From NCBI GenBank assembly GCA_004764695.1, contig SMSO01000034.1:558001-622000 (forward strand): a stretch of 64,000 bases of DNA. The letters run 5' to 3'. Positions 39,402 through 49,816 of this stretch are shown piece after piece. The notes beneath the pieces were generated by a model, which worked only from the letters and a program-made list of their open reading frames with translations, was not told where the DNA came from and did not search any database. The DNA is from Schizochytrium sp. TIO01. Taxonomy: Eukaryota > Protista > Bigyra: Labyrinthulomycetes. Numbering within the stretch: the stretch's first letter is position 1; each line of letters starts with the position of its first letter. The translations under genes and the position numbers were made by a program.

Positions 39402-40277
39402 TTAAAGACGAGGATGAGTCTTCACCTCATACCACCAAGGGTAAAATTCAGGCAACTCACGGAACGGATCCGTGGTAAAGTTTGCTTGGCGCTTTTCCAA
39501 GAAAGATTTCCGACCTTCTTCAAAGTCAGGGCCTCCCATGGCATGGTGAATCATTCGTGACTCCACCAAGTGAGCCTCCTCAGGGCTCATACCAAAGTTG
39601 CGTAGAAGAGCAAACTTGGATAAACTTACGCCAACAGGGCTGGTGTTATCAGCAATCTCGCGAGCAAGCTCCATTGCCTTTGACATTACCTGGTCTGCAG
39701 GCACCACATAGTTGAAGAGGCCAGGGGGGGCATCCTGAGATTTAAACACGCGACCAGAAAGTACAAGCTCCATGGCTTTGCCCATGCCAATCAACTTGGC
39801 CAAGGTCCAGGAGGAGATCGACTCGCAGGCAATGCCACGGCGGACAAACACAAAGCCGCACTTGGAATCCGCAGCCATCACACGCATGTCGCAGCAGCAC
39901 GCAAGAGTCATGCCAACACCAACCGCAGCACCGTTCATGGCCGCAATCACAGGCTTCGTGCAGCGCATAATCGCCAGTGAGGCAATTCCACCACCATCAC
40001 GGAAGGTCGAATTGTCAGACTTGCGACCATCCGGAATGTCACGGTCCAGAACAGCCTGGGACTCGCGATCGCCCTTGAGCTGCATGCCAGCACAAAATGC
40101 CTTGCCAGCCGGGTCACCTGTAAGGATAACGACACGCACACTTGGGTCTTTGTTGGCACGATCCACGGCCTCCATGATCTCCTCGCGCAGCTTTTCAGTC
40201 CATGCATTGCGTTGCTCAGGCCTTGAAATTGTCATGGTCATGATCTTATCCTTAACTTCTACCTTGAGGTTCACCAT
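39402..40277 (-). CDS. Crotonase-superfamily enoyl-CoA hydratase/isomerase (291 aa), probably peroxisomal
   Basis: Motifs ISRPEQRNA, AFCAG, KPVIAAMNGAAVGVG, CDMR, GMGKAMELVLSG, EGRKSFLEKR. Good start context (gcaaagATGg). C-terminus ends in -PRL. Confidence 0.95.
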   Translation of the reverse strand: MVNLKVEVKDKIMTMTISRPEQRNAWTEKLREEIMEAVDRANKDPSVRVVILTGDPAGKAFCAGMQLKGDRESQAVLDRDIPDGRKSDNSTFRDGGGIASLAIMRCTKPVIAAMNGAAVGVGMTLACCCDMRVMAADSKCGFVFVRRGIACESISSWTLAKLIGMGKAMELVLSGRVFKSQDAPPGLFNYVVPADQVMSKAMELAREIADNTSPVGVSLSKFALLRNFGMSPEEAHLVESRMIHHAMGGPDFEEGRKSFLEKRQANFTTDPFRELPEFYPWWYEVKTHPRL

Positions 40278-41361
40278 CTTTGCAATTCCTTTTCAACAAA
40301 CTCAACTCCAGCTTTCGCTCTTCTCACACAACACAATACCGTTCGTCAACTCAAAGTAGACTCCCTTGTTTGACTTCTGTGCTCCTGCGTCCTCTTCAAA
40401 GACAACGCGACCTCCGGTCTTCAATTAAGGTTTTGCTTCCTCAGTACAGGTTTTGCCTCAAATGTACTTTGAAGGATCCTTTCCTCCTTTCTTTCACAGG
40501 CCGTGCTAACACCCACTTAACCTAAACGTTAAGGTCTCTCTATCTCTGGTCAATCCCATCCTTCCTGGCAACCCAATCAGTGATGTCAACCCTAACATGC
40601 CAGGTTTCAAGCTAGTCTTAAAGCCAGGTTTCACGCCCAAACGAAATCAGAGAGCAAGATCTGCAGGTGACTTGGTTTAAACCCACCTCAAAACCTCACC
40701 AGAAGTACATCCACATTGATCCTGCCTGTGAAGTCTTCGTTGAGGCAATCTAGCGCCTGCCGGTCCGATGTCCCCATTCCGCTCACTGGAAGTAGTCCCC
40801 GTGTTCCCTCTTGACAAAAATGGGTTGCGAAGAAATGCGTTGCGCGAAGCCTGATAAAATAGACCTCTTTTTCTAAAGTTTAACTTACAATAGGCCCTTT
40901 AAAAAGCAAAGTTTTGTTTTGGGGGTAAAGTTTTGTTTTGGGGGGCCTTGCCAAGTTGGGCCCTTCGCTCCTACCTGACCTTGTAAACCGACTGCACAAA
41001 GGGGTCGCCTCTTTGGATGCCTAAGGCGTGCAGAGCGTCAAGGGCTGCAACGTGGTTGGAAAGACGTCTTACTGTGGCTGAGGTAGAGGCTTGTTCCGGA
41101 CAATCTCGCTGGAGGAGAGGTTCCTGAACGTCGGTTCATGGTGCTCTTGTGAACAACAAGAACAACTACGGCAGTATCCCCTTCAAAGTAGAAAGCGGAT
41201 TTAAAGCCAAGCTAAGAGCGAACCACCCGAAGCTACTTCCAAGGCGAACGAGTAGGTGTTCAAGGTACTTCAGGTGTGGATTTCGAGAAGAGTGTTTGCG
41301 ACGGTACTAAGCTTGGCTGTTTTGAAGTACACGAATAAACGGTTGCAAAGAACTCACCACC
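40278..41361. promoter_or_regulatory. Divergent (head-to-head) intergenic/promoter region between the crotonase and first hexosaminidase genes
   Basis: Gene orientation. Contains CCAAT near 40573, GCCAGGTTTCA twice (40599, 40623) and a 19-bp duplication AAAGTTTTGTTTTGGGGG at ~40908-40945. Confidence 0.5.
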
Positions 41362-43479
41362 ATGGTGCCGTCTTCAACAGAGCAGAGGTCCTCGCAAGGC
41401 GTACTTTTCAAATACCTTATCTTGGCTATTCTCGTTGGTACATTTATCTTCGTTAGTATCGTTGAAGCTCCACTCAATAGCACGAACAATTATCTCCCAG
41501 CCGCCTTCACAGATCTTCTTGTGGGTGAAAGAGTGGTGGCAGCAGGGAGTGCGCCCACTGCTCCCCCCGCAACCACGCCAAATCTCCGAACCGACAGTGC
41601 AGAGGCTAAAAATGACCAGCATTTAGAACATAATAATAGTGACGAGGAAAAAGATATCCAAGAATCCGAAGTCTTAGCGCCTAAACCTGAGTTTCAACCT
41701 GCAGAGACGGGTGCACCAACCAATGCTCCAACAACAGCAACACCTGAGGAAAAGGAAATCGCTGCATCTCCAGCTGAGAATGTAAGACCCACCGAGACTT
41801 CCACAAATAAGACCACACATGCTCTAACTAAGGAACCAACGAGGACACCGACTAAGGAGCCAACAAAACTTGCAACATTGGCTCCCACTTTGCCACAAAC
41901 CAAATCTCAATCAAGTATAGCCCCCAAAATTGCTTCAAGCAAGCTTATCCAAGGTGAAAATCTTTCTGGTGATATCCCATTTAATATTCCATTCCCAATG
42001 CCACGGGCACTATCCTTTGGTTCGAAAACTGTCGAATTGAATTCAAAAACGTTTGGATGGACATTTGCAAGTTGCGGGAAGTCTACGTCTTCCGATAAGA
42101 TCCAGCAACAATGTGCTGATTTGGTTCTTGCCACCGAGCGATACTCAGAAATGCTCTTTCCTCATGGAACAAGTGTCTCGTGTACCTCCTCCAACGCTTG
42201 TCTTTCAACAGTAGTTCTTAATGTGAAGGACAGCAAGGAGGGATTAGATGTGCACACTGATGAAAGCTATGAACTTATTGTGAACAACGACGGCATCTAT
42301 CTCTCTGCAGTGAGCATGTATGGTGCCATGCATGGTCTCGAATCATTGAGTCAGCTTGTTCATTATAATTTTGAAAGCAATGTATATGAAATTCAGCACG
42401 CCGATTGGATCATCCAAGATGCTCCTCGTTTTCCGCATCGCGAGCTCCTCATTGACTCTAGTAGGCACTTCTTGCCCGTTCCAGTCATTGAGAGTGCAAT
42501 CCGAGCGGCATCTTACACAAAGATTAATATCCTGCACTGGCACATCATTGACGACCAGTCGTTTCCGTGGTGTAGCGACGCTGTCCCTGAGCTTTGTCGT
42601 GAGGGTTCATTCTCGCCCGATGAAAAGTACTCTCGCGAGGAACTCAAACATTTAGTTGTGTTTGCCCGGCAACACGGGATTCGAATCATTCCTGAACTTG
42701 ATGTTCCGGGTCATACTGCATCCTGGTGTCGTGGCCGCCCGGACATTTGTACCGCAAAGGGTGACATTCTTAGCCCCGTTGATGACCACGCCAAACCTGT
42801 AATTAAGAAGCTACTTACTGAACTGCGAGGGATTTTTCCTGATACCCTTATTCACCTGGGCGGTGACGAGGTTGATGAGTCAAAGTGGTTTATAGATATT
42901 CGAACCAGAAACTATCTTTCCTCGCACAGCATGCGCGCCAAAGATGCTTACCTAGACTTTGTCAAAACCACTGCGGATGAGGCTGTGAAGCTTGGCTATC
43001 GTCCCATTGTCTGGGATGATGTATGGCATAACTTTGGTTCTCGCCTTGACAAGAAAATTATTGTTCACATGTGGCTTCGCAACAAGGTGAGCAAGGAAGC
43101 TGCATCTGCAGGTTACGACGTATTGTATTCCCCTGTATACCCCTGGTATTTGGACAATATGGAGATGTCTTATGCAAATGCGTTGGAGCGGGAGCCTTGT
43201 GAAACTCTTGCTGGAGATCTCTGCAAGCATGCCTTAGGTGGAGGCGGAGAAATGTGGGGTGAAAAGGTAGATACCTCTAATTTTTACAACACAGTATGGC
43301 CTAAATTGGCTGCCATCTCAGAGCGCCTTTGGGCTCTTCCAACCGTTAAAGTAGCACAGATTCAACGAGGCGAGTTTTTCCGTTGCCATCTGAACCGCCG
43401 TGGTATTCCTGCTGCTCCCATCCTGAATAAAATGCCACGTACTGCTCCTGGAGGCCCTGGTAGTTGTTATAACCAATAA
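41362..43479 (+). CDS. GH20 beta-N-acetylhexosaminidase, type II membrane-anchored with Thr/Pro-rich stalk (705 aa)
   Basis: DESYEL, GAMHGLESLSQL, DAPRFPHRELLIDSSRHF, LHWHIIDDQSFP, PELDVPGH, catalytic HLGGDE, WYLD, MWGE, WPKLAAISERLW. N-terminal hydrophobic helix at ~aa 13-34, then PT/TKEP repeats. Confidence 0.96.
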   Translation: MVPSSTEQRSSQGVLFKYLILAILVGTFIFVSIVEAPLNSTNNYLPAAFTDLLVGERVVAAGSAPTAPPATTPNLRTDSAEAKNDQHLEHNNSDEEKDIQESEVLAPKPEFQPAETGAPTNAPTTATPEEKEIAASPAENVRPTETSTNKTTHALTKEPTRTPTKEPTKLATLAPTLPQTKSQSSIAPKIASSKLIQGENLSGDIPFNIPFPMPRALSFGSKTVELNSKTFGWTFASCGKSTSSDKIQQQCADLVLATERYSEMLFPHGTSVSCTSSNACLSTVVLNVKDSKEGLDVHTDESYELIVNNDGIYLSAVSMYGAMHGLESLSQLVHYNFESNVYEIQHADWIIQDAPRFPHRELLIDSSRHFLPVPVIESAIRAASYTKINILHWHIIDDQSFPWCSDAVPELCREGSFSPDEKYSREELKHLVVFARQHGIRIIPELDVPGHTASWCRGRPDICTAKGDILSPVDDHAKPVIKKLLTELRGIFPDTLIHLGGDEVDESKWFIDIRTRNYLSSHSMRAKDAYLDFVKTTADEAVKLGYRPIVWDDVWHNFGSRLDKKIIVHMWLRNKVSKEAASAGYDVLYSPVYPWYLDNMEMSYANALEREPCETLAGDLCKHALGGGGEMWGEKVDTSNFYNTVWPKLAAISERLWALPTVKVAQIQRGEFFRCHLNRRGIPAAPILNKMPRTAPGGPGSCYNQ

Positions 43480-44212
43480 AGCATCGCTTTTTTATTTTTA
43501 CATGTATCTATATACTGCATGGACGTCTGCTTTAGCTTGTATTCTCACTTTTCCCACTTTTCGAAGTCGTCCGTCATGGCGTGCCAAATTCAAGCTTGAG
43601 TAGAGAGCAAAGCATTTCAAGCAAGTAAGACAGAACTATTGACACGACTACATGTGCTGTTCATACTTTCTCGCAGAAGTAGAGAACTGCCATCTATCTT
43701 TGCTCTCAGCACGTTGACAGAAAGATTTGCATTCACATTTAACGCTATAATACATATATTTGTAAACATGGATATACACTGTACAGGTACGATTCCGGTC
43801 TAGAATAATTCGCCAATAGCGATAAAACATACTTCCAAAAGAATGTGTTTTCACTGTTTAAAATTCCAAGTAAGTGAATAAACATTTACCGTATCTTCTA
43901 ATAATATTAACCTCAATAGAATGTACTTAACAACTCTTAGGCCGAAGTCTTTTACCAGAGCAGATCGAGTAAGAGATGGTTACGTACTTTTTGGTTACAG
44001 GAGGCCGTTAATACTGAGTGTAAAATAGTACTTCATATCACAAACTATAGCATGCAATTATTTTAAAATTGAAACTTTCTGGGCTCCTTAACGAAAGACT
44101 GTATGTTTCTCAGGAACTTCGAGAGGGTTGGAGTGGTGATCAACGTGGCAACAGAATGCGAACGACTGCAGCATTGGCGAGGAGTTGCTGATAACGAGGA
44201 GGCGTGAAGACC

Positions 44213-45853
44213 ATGGCAGGGCTGTTGCTCCTCGTGGTGCTGGTTTGCGTGCTTACAAGTCGTGCACAGGGCAAGGTCATTGTGAGACCGAAGGGAAGCA
44301 ACCTCAAGACAAACCTCGATTGGAGTCAACCCCTTCCGGCAAACGTGCCTTTTCCACTGCCTGTAGAGGTCTACAAAGGCAGTACCACTGTTTACATCGA
44401 CGTACCTTCATTCCAGTGGGATGTGAAATCTTGCGGGAACGCCAAAGGCTACGCCAATGCAGTCAAATCCTGCCCACTACTGGGAAATGCGCTTCAAAGA
44501 TATACAGGATTGACCTTCCCGCACCCGTTAGAAGGCAACGGCTCGTGCTTAAAGCCTTGCCTCAACAAAGCTACCATTATTGTACAGAATGACTCAGAGG
44601 AAAATGGCCTCACCACTGACGAGAGCTATGAGCTCAAAGTTACGAAATCGGAAATTCAACTCAAAGCAACAACCGTTTTTGGAGCCATGCATGGTCTTGA
44701 GACTCTTAGCCAGCTTGTCCACTTCAACTTTGACAGCAAAATGTATATGATAGAAAATGCAGACTGGTTAATCAAGGATAGACCAGAGTTCCCGCATCGA
44801 GAACTCTTGGTGGATTCAAGTCGCCACTATATTCCACTGCCGATACTGCGTAGAATCATCCAAGGCATGTCCTACACGAAAGTCAACGTGCTACATTGGC
44901 ATCTTGTCGACGACCAGTCTTTCCCATGGTGCAGTGAGGCGGTTCCTGAGATGTGCAAGGGTGCGTACAATCGCGATGATCGGTACACAAAGGCGGACCT
45001 CAAGGGCATCGTAGAATTTGCTCGCCAATACGGAATACGTGTGGTCCCAGAGCTTGACGTCCCAGGTCACTCTAGCTCATGGTGTATCGGGCGTCCTGAT
45101 ATCTGCACAGCAAAAGGTGAAATCATTTCTCCTGCTGGCGGGCGTGCCATGAACGTGGTCTCTCTTCTCATGGATGAGATGCATGAAATCTTTCCTGATG
45201 CTTTTATTCATCTCGGTGGTGATGAGGTTCAGCAGGCAAAGTGGTCAAAAGATCCCAATGCAATGGCTTATGTACACGAGCACAATATGTCATCCGCAAA
45301 GGAGATTTACCTGGAGTTTGTCAACAAAGCGCATGAGAAAGCCGAGCAGCTTGGCAAAACGCACATCGGTTGGGAGGAGATTTACATAAATTTTAAAACA
45401 AAGTTGCCAAAAAGCACGATCATCCACGGGTGGTGGCATATTGAAGGTATCATTGAGGCTTCGAGCAAGGGTTACAACTGCCTCCATTCAAATATTGGCA
45501 TGTGGTATTTTGATCAGCAGACGACATATTCGCAAGCCCGTCTTAAGGATCCTTGTGAGCGTCTCGGCAAGGGCTGTTCGTATCTTTTGGGTGGCGGGGG
45601 CGCTGCGTGGGCAGAAAAGGTTGACAGCTCCGTTATATTTCAATCTATTTGGCCTCGTCTTTCTGGTATTGCTGAAAGTCTATGGTCCCCCAGAGATTCT
45701 GCTTATTTAATTGTTGAAAGAGCTCGGCAATTTCGCTGTCATCTTAACCGTCGTGATATTCCTTCGGCACCGATTCCTTTTGATAAAGAAATCAGAGGCA
45801 AACCGAGCCTCCGCCCAGAGCTCTTGGGACCGGGTGGATGCCTTCATCAATAG
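44213..45853 (+). CDS. GH20 beta-N-acetylhexosaminidase, secreted/lysosomal paralog
   Basis: The ORF track starts at GTG 44204; the first in-frame ATG is 44213 (accATGg), with an in-frame TAA at 44192. Signal peptide MAGLLLLVVLVCVLTSRAQG. Motifs DSSRHY, LHWHLVDDQSFP, PELDVPGH, HLGGDE, WYFD, AWAE, WPRLSGIAESLW. Confidence 0.96.
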   Translation: MAGLLLLVVLVCVLTSRAQGKVIVRPKGSNLKTNLDWSQPLPANVPFPLPVEVYKGSTTVYIDVPSFQWDVKSCGNAKGYANAVKSCPLLGNALQRYTGLTFPHPLEGNGSCLKPCLNKATIIVQNDSEENGLTTDESYELKVTKSEIQLKATTVFGAMHGLETLSQLVHFNFDSKMYMIENADWLIKDRPEFPHRELLVDSSRHYIPLPILRRIIQGMSYTKVNVLHWHLVDDQSFPWCSEAVPEMCKGAYNRDDRYTKADLKGIVEFARQYGIRVVPELDVPGHSSSWCIGRPDICTAKGEIISPAGGRAMNVVSLLMDEMHEIFPDAFIHLGGDEVQQAKWSKDPNAMAYVHEHNMSSAKEIYLEFVNKAHEKAEQLGKTHIGWEEIYINFKTKLPKSTIIHGWWHIEGIIEASSKGYNCLHSNIGMWYFDQQTTYSQARLKDPCERLGKGCSYLLGGGGAAWAEKVDSSVIFQSIWPRLSGIAESLWSPRDSAYLIVERARQFRCHLNRRDIPSAPIPFDKEIRGKPSLRPELLGPGGCLHQ

Positions 45854-46392
45854 ATGATAATGGGAAAGGCATGAAATCAATTGTTAATTCTTGACAGTTA
45901 TTATAGAGCCAATACCTTTGTCAAGTTCTCTTCATAGCATCGTTCATTATTCTCTCTTTTTCTTTTTTCTTAAATGTGGTCGGTGCTATTTGCTTCTTAG
46001 ATATAGTATCATATCGTTCGTAGACCCTTTCATTGCACCGTTCATATCGTTTCTCTGTCATTCGTTCCTTTTTCGTCAATTGATTTCTTAGTATAAGATA
46101 CCATAAGATGCATCATACGCTCACTTGCCTAACCTAAGTACTGTACCAATATACATAAAATATGTATAATATGCGGAATACTTTTGCACTTCTTGGCGTA
46201 CCTTGCTTCGAGTATTCCACTCCTGGCCAGCATCTATCGAGTTCTTCCCTCCAGCGCTCAATCAACTCAACCTCAACTTGAAGTCAACCTTTCGCGCCTT
46301 CATCATGCATAGTGTGTACTCGTACCATTGTAGTGCACTCAGGACAGTTTCCACCGCCATGATGATCAGAAATAAAATCAATCGTCTCCTCA

Positions 46393-46460
46393 GTAGGTAG
46401 GTTAGGTACCTACCTACCTACCTACCTACCTACTACCTACCTACCTACCTACCTACCTAT
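46393..46460. repeat. (TAGG)n/(CCTA)n inverted microsatellite centred on AGGTACCT
   Basis: gtaggtaggttAGGTACCTacctacctacc... Confidence 0.9.
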
Positions 46461-49400
46461 CTACGCGATCGATCAAATTGAAGATGGCACTGGCAGCCCG
46501 TGACTCAAGCTGGTGGCCTCCTCGTGATCGACTGACTGACTGACTGCAGTCCCAAGTTCCGAGCTTCGCTTCGCAGTGCCACTTCACTATCAGCCGCGCG
46601 TACGATGCATTACCGACATTACAACAATTTTGCATTTTACAATTGCCCTTGAGCGGTCTCCATGATCGGTGATGATGTCAATCAGCTCGAGTCTGGGCTC
46701 CTCAAGATGAAGAGAGAGCGAGAGAGGCTCGCAATACCAATAGCCAATCGAAGCGAAGTGCAAATTAGTTGGCAAAAGGCAAATCAAAATGGGCGGGAGG
46801 TGTGCACCCCAAAGTCCGGGTCTCAAGGTCTCTCAAAATGGCCAACTTTATCAAGTCAGAGCGAAACCCTCAGAGCCTGCGAAGTAGGTGCGTCTTCCCA
46901 AGCAAGCAAGCCGAGCCTCGCTACGCTCACTCCGGCCAGCGCTGTGGAGTTTGCAAGTCATTCGAAGGGCATTGTGCCGTGATTCTCGACTCCCTAGAAC
47001 CGCTCTCGCCATTCTTCAGACTGGGCACCAGAATTAATCATGAGAGCTCTGATCTCTCTTTTGGGGGAAGGGCAATTCATTCATTCATTCATTCATTCAT
47101 TCATTCAAGATTTAGCCTGTTTCAACTCGAGTGCGGAGGAGAGGATGTCTGAGCACATGTGTGTTCCGACCATAATTAGCAGCAGCGGTTTCGGGTTTCA
47201 AGATTGGCAGATCCTTCGGTCTTGAGCTGGACTGGAAACGAATCAGCATTCAACATTCGGCATTCAAGGTCGCCAAGATCAATCAACGTCTTCTCCTTCT
47301 CCTTCTTCTTTCTATTCTTCTTGTCGCTTAAACGCTCTGCAACTCCTGGCAGCTCGAGCCAGTGAGCAAACGAGCAAGCTCCAGGACTTGGAGGACCTCC
47401 TTCCGCCAAACGATTTCATCCCAGCCAAGCAACCGATCGCTCATTCCAATCGACGCACAGAAGAGTTTTACATTCATTTACAACTACATTCAGGTACGTG
47501 CCGCTTCTACCACTTAACTATGCGCGGTAACGAGCACGTACAGAAAGACACACCTTGCACGGCAAAATCGAGGTTGCGTTATCTCGCACAGAAGAAAGCA
47601 AGCAGCAAAGAAGTGAAGACCGCCATGGCGCAGAGACCAGCGCGAATTGACTAGGTAGGCAAGGGCCTAGCTCCTTGCCCACCTCGAGCTCCTTCAGGTT
47701 CTCCACCCAGTAGCGGGCAGGCACCGAGAGCTTTGGACTTCTACCCGAGTTGTCATGACTGATGGCTAGCTAGCTAGCACGCCGCTAGGGGGCCTTAGGC
47801 GGTGCGAGCGCTAGCAAGCGGCTAAGGGGTGCTAGCGGCTGTTCCCACTGCTAGCGCAAAGAGAAAAAAAGTGAGTGAGGTGAAAGAACGAATGGAAAGA
47901 ACGAAAAGCGCGAAAACGCAGCCAGCTATAGCGACACTTCTTCGACTTGTAGTGCCTTGGATTTGGAGAAAGAGTGGCGTGCGCCGCAGAACCCAATCAA
48001 GGCCATAGGAGATCACGCCAGGAGGCAGGTACCTGGCAAGTAAATAACAGGCAAACGCTGGGAAGGCGAACGAACAGCACAATGATCGCATGATTTGGAG
48101 TTTTCAAGAGTTTTTTATTTGTTTCCTCTTTTTTTAATTAGAAGAAGAAGAAGAAGAACCAGAAGAAGGTGGTTTTCTTTGTTTTAGTATCTGGCATGAT
48201 CGATAGAAGAAAAAGAGCGACGAACTGGAATGCTAAACTAACTGCAGGAAGCTCCAACATGTCGTTCTTCGCGATTTGCTTCAGACCATACCTTTGGCTC
48301 AAACGCACTGTGCCTGGCCATGCCTCAGAATTAATAGTCAGTCCTGGTTCTTGATGCCAAGCACTTCGTGGCAAACAAATGCCATTCTAAGTCTGCATTT
48401 TACTACATTGGCCATGCTGATGACTTGCGATATATAAAGCTGCGAGAGGGTGATGCTGTCATGGGAGGTCGTTTGCGCTTGTGATAAAAGCAAGGTCTTG
48501 CAGCTCCATTTGCAAGCATTCCCCGATGATTTACTTTGACACGACGTGCGGTCCGGCTACCTGGAGGCATTACAAACCGCTGTATTCGACCCGCATGAGG
48601 CAATGGCGAAGACCATCCCGACACCCGATGGTCGAATAAATTCGCTGCGATGATTATGGAGAGCACTTCGATTCAAGGGGTTTGTTTACTCGCTCGCTAG
48701 GTACCCAGGAACAAATTTGCAAGATTCTCATAACCGTGTTGCTACTTGCAGTGAAATCAATCTTCGTAAAACTGACGAAGGAAGCTCCAAGCGGTCCAGA
48801 GGAGCTCCAGAGCTTGGGCCGCGGCGTAGTCAGCGAGCCGCGCGCAAGCCCAGAGCATGCCGGAAACTAATTTAGAGAACGAACTCAATATCGAGAAAGT
48901 GTTGCGTTCAATCAAGAGAAGTTGAACTCAAACGTAGAATATAAAATAAAATAACATAAAATAACAATTTTAAATATAAAACAAGTATTTTAAAACTTGA
49001 AAACACCTTAATCCTTTTTTCCAGGTAGTACGAACTATCCTATACATAACATTAGCATATCCTTCAAGTATTGAAAATAAATAAATGTTTTCTTCTGGTC
49101 AAAAATAAATTTGCTATCGCGTTCTCTTCCTCTGCAGCAGACCCCGTTCGCAGAGCCTCCTTCGTGGCACCTGCCGCGCTCGAGGAAGGCCTGGGCGGCG
49201 GTGACCGTGGTTCCACGGCGCACAAGCCACGAGGGATCAGCCAGAACCCCGTGACGTCTCTCCCGTGCTCTCAGCCGTGGGTCTTGCGGCGCTGGGCCAA
49301 CCTGGATCGTTGTTTATTCAACACGATTTAGTGATTCAAGGAGATCCAACTCGGCCGGCCTGCGTGCCTGCACTTGCCTATTATCGTGGCTACAATCGTC

Positions 49401-49816
49401 AGAGCCAAAGCAGGACGCAACTAGTATCAGGAACTCCATCACCAGAGACTCCCTCGCCAGAGGCTACCGGAAGGGAAGACAGCAGCGCAGCAAAGGAATA
49501 GCGCCGGAGAACCTAATTCTGACCGACTGTTTCTCTTGCTGAAAAAATTATATCGAAGTACTCGGTCGCGTGCACGCGCTTCTTCAGCTGAAGGAGGTGG
49601 TTACACTTTACCGGACAGCGTTTCCATATATAAATAGGGTAAAAGTACGCTATTTAGGTGGTGCGCCTAAAACGGACGGCAGAGTGGAACGCCACCTCGA
49701 GAGGACAGAGTAGTCGTACAGCAGATCTGGGCTCACGGAAGGGGTTGCTGTGATTGTGGCAGTGAGGAAGGGCCTTTTATGCGATAGCAAACTGCATTGA
49801 GCTCATTCGCGGCGGC

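Noticed and set aside
39772-40359. 195-aa + ORF
   Set aside because: Antisense shadow of the crotonase gene.
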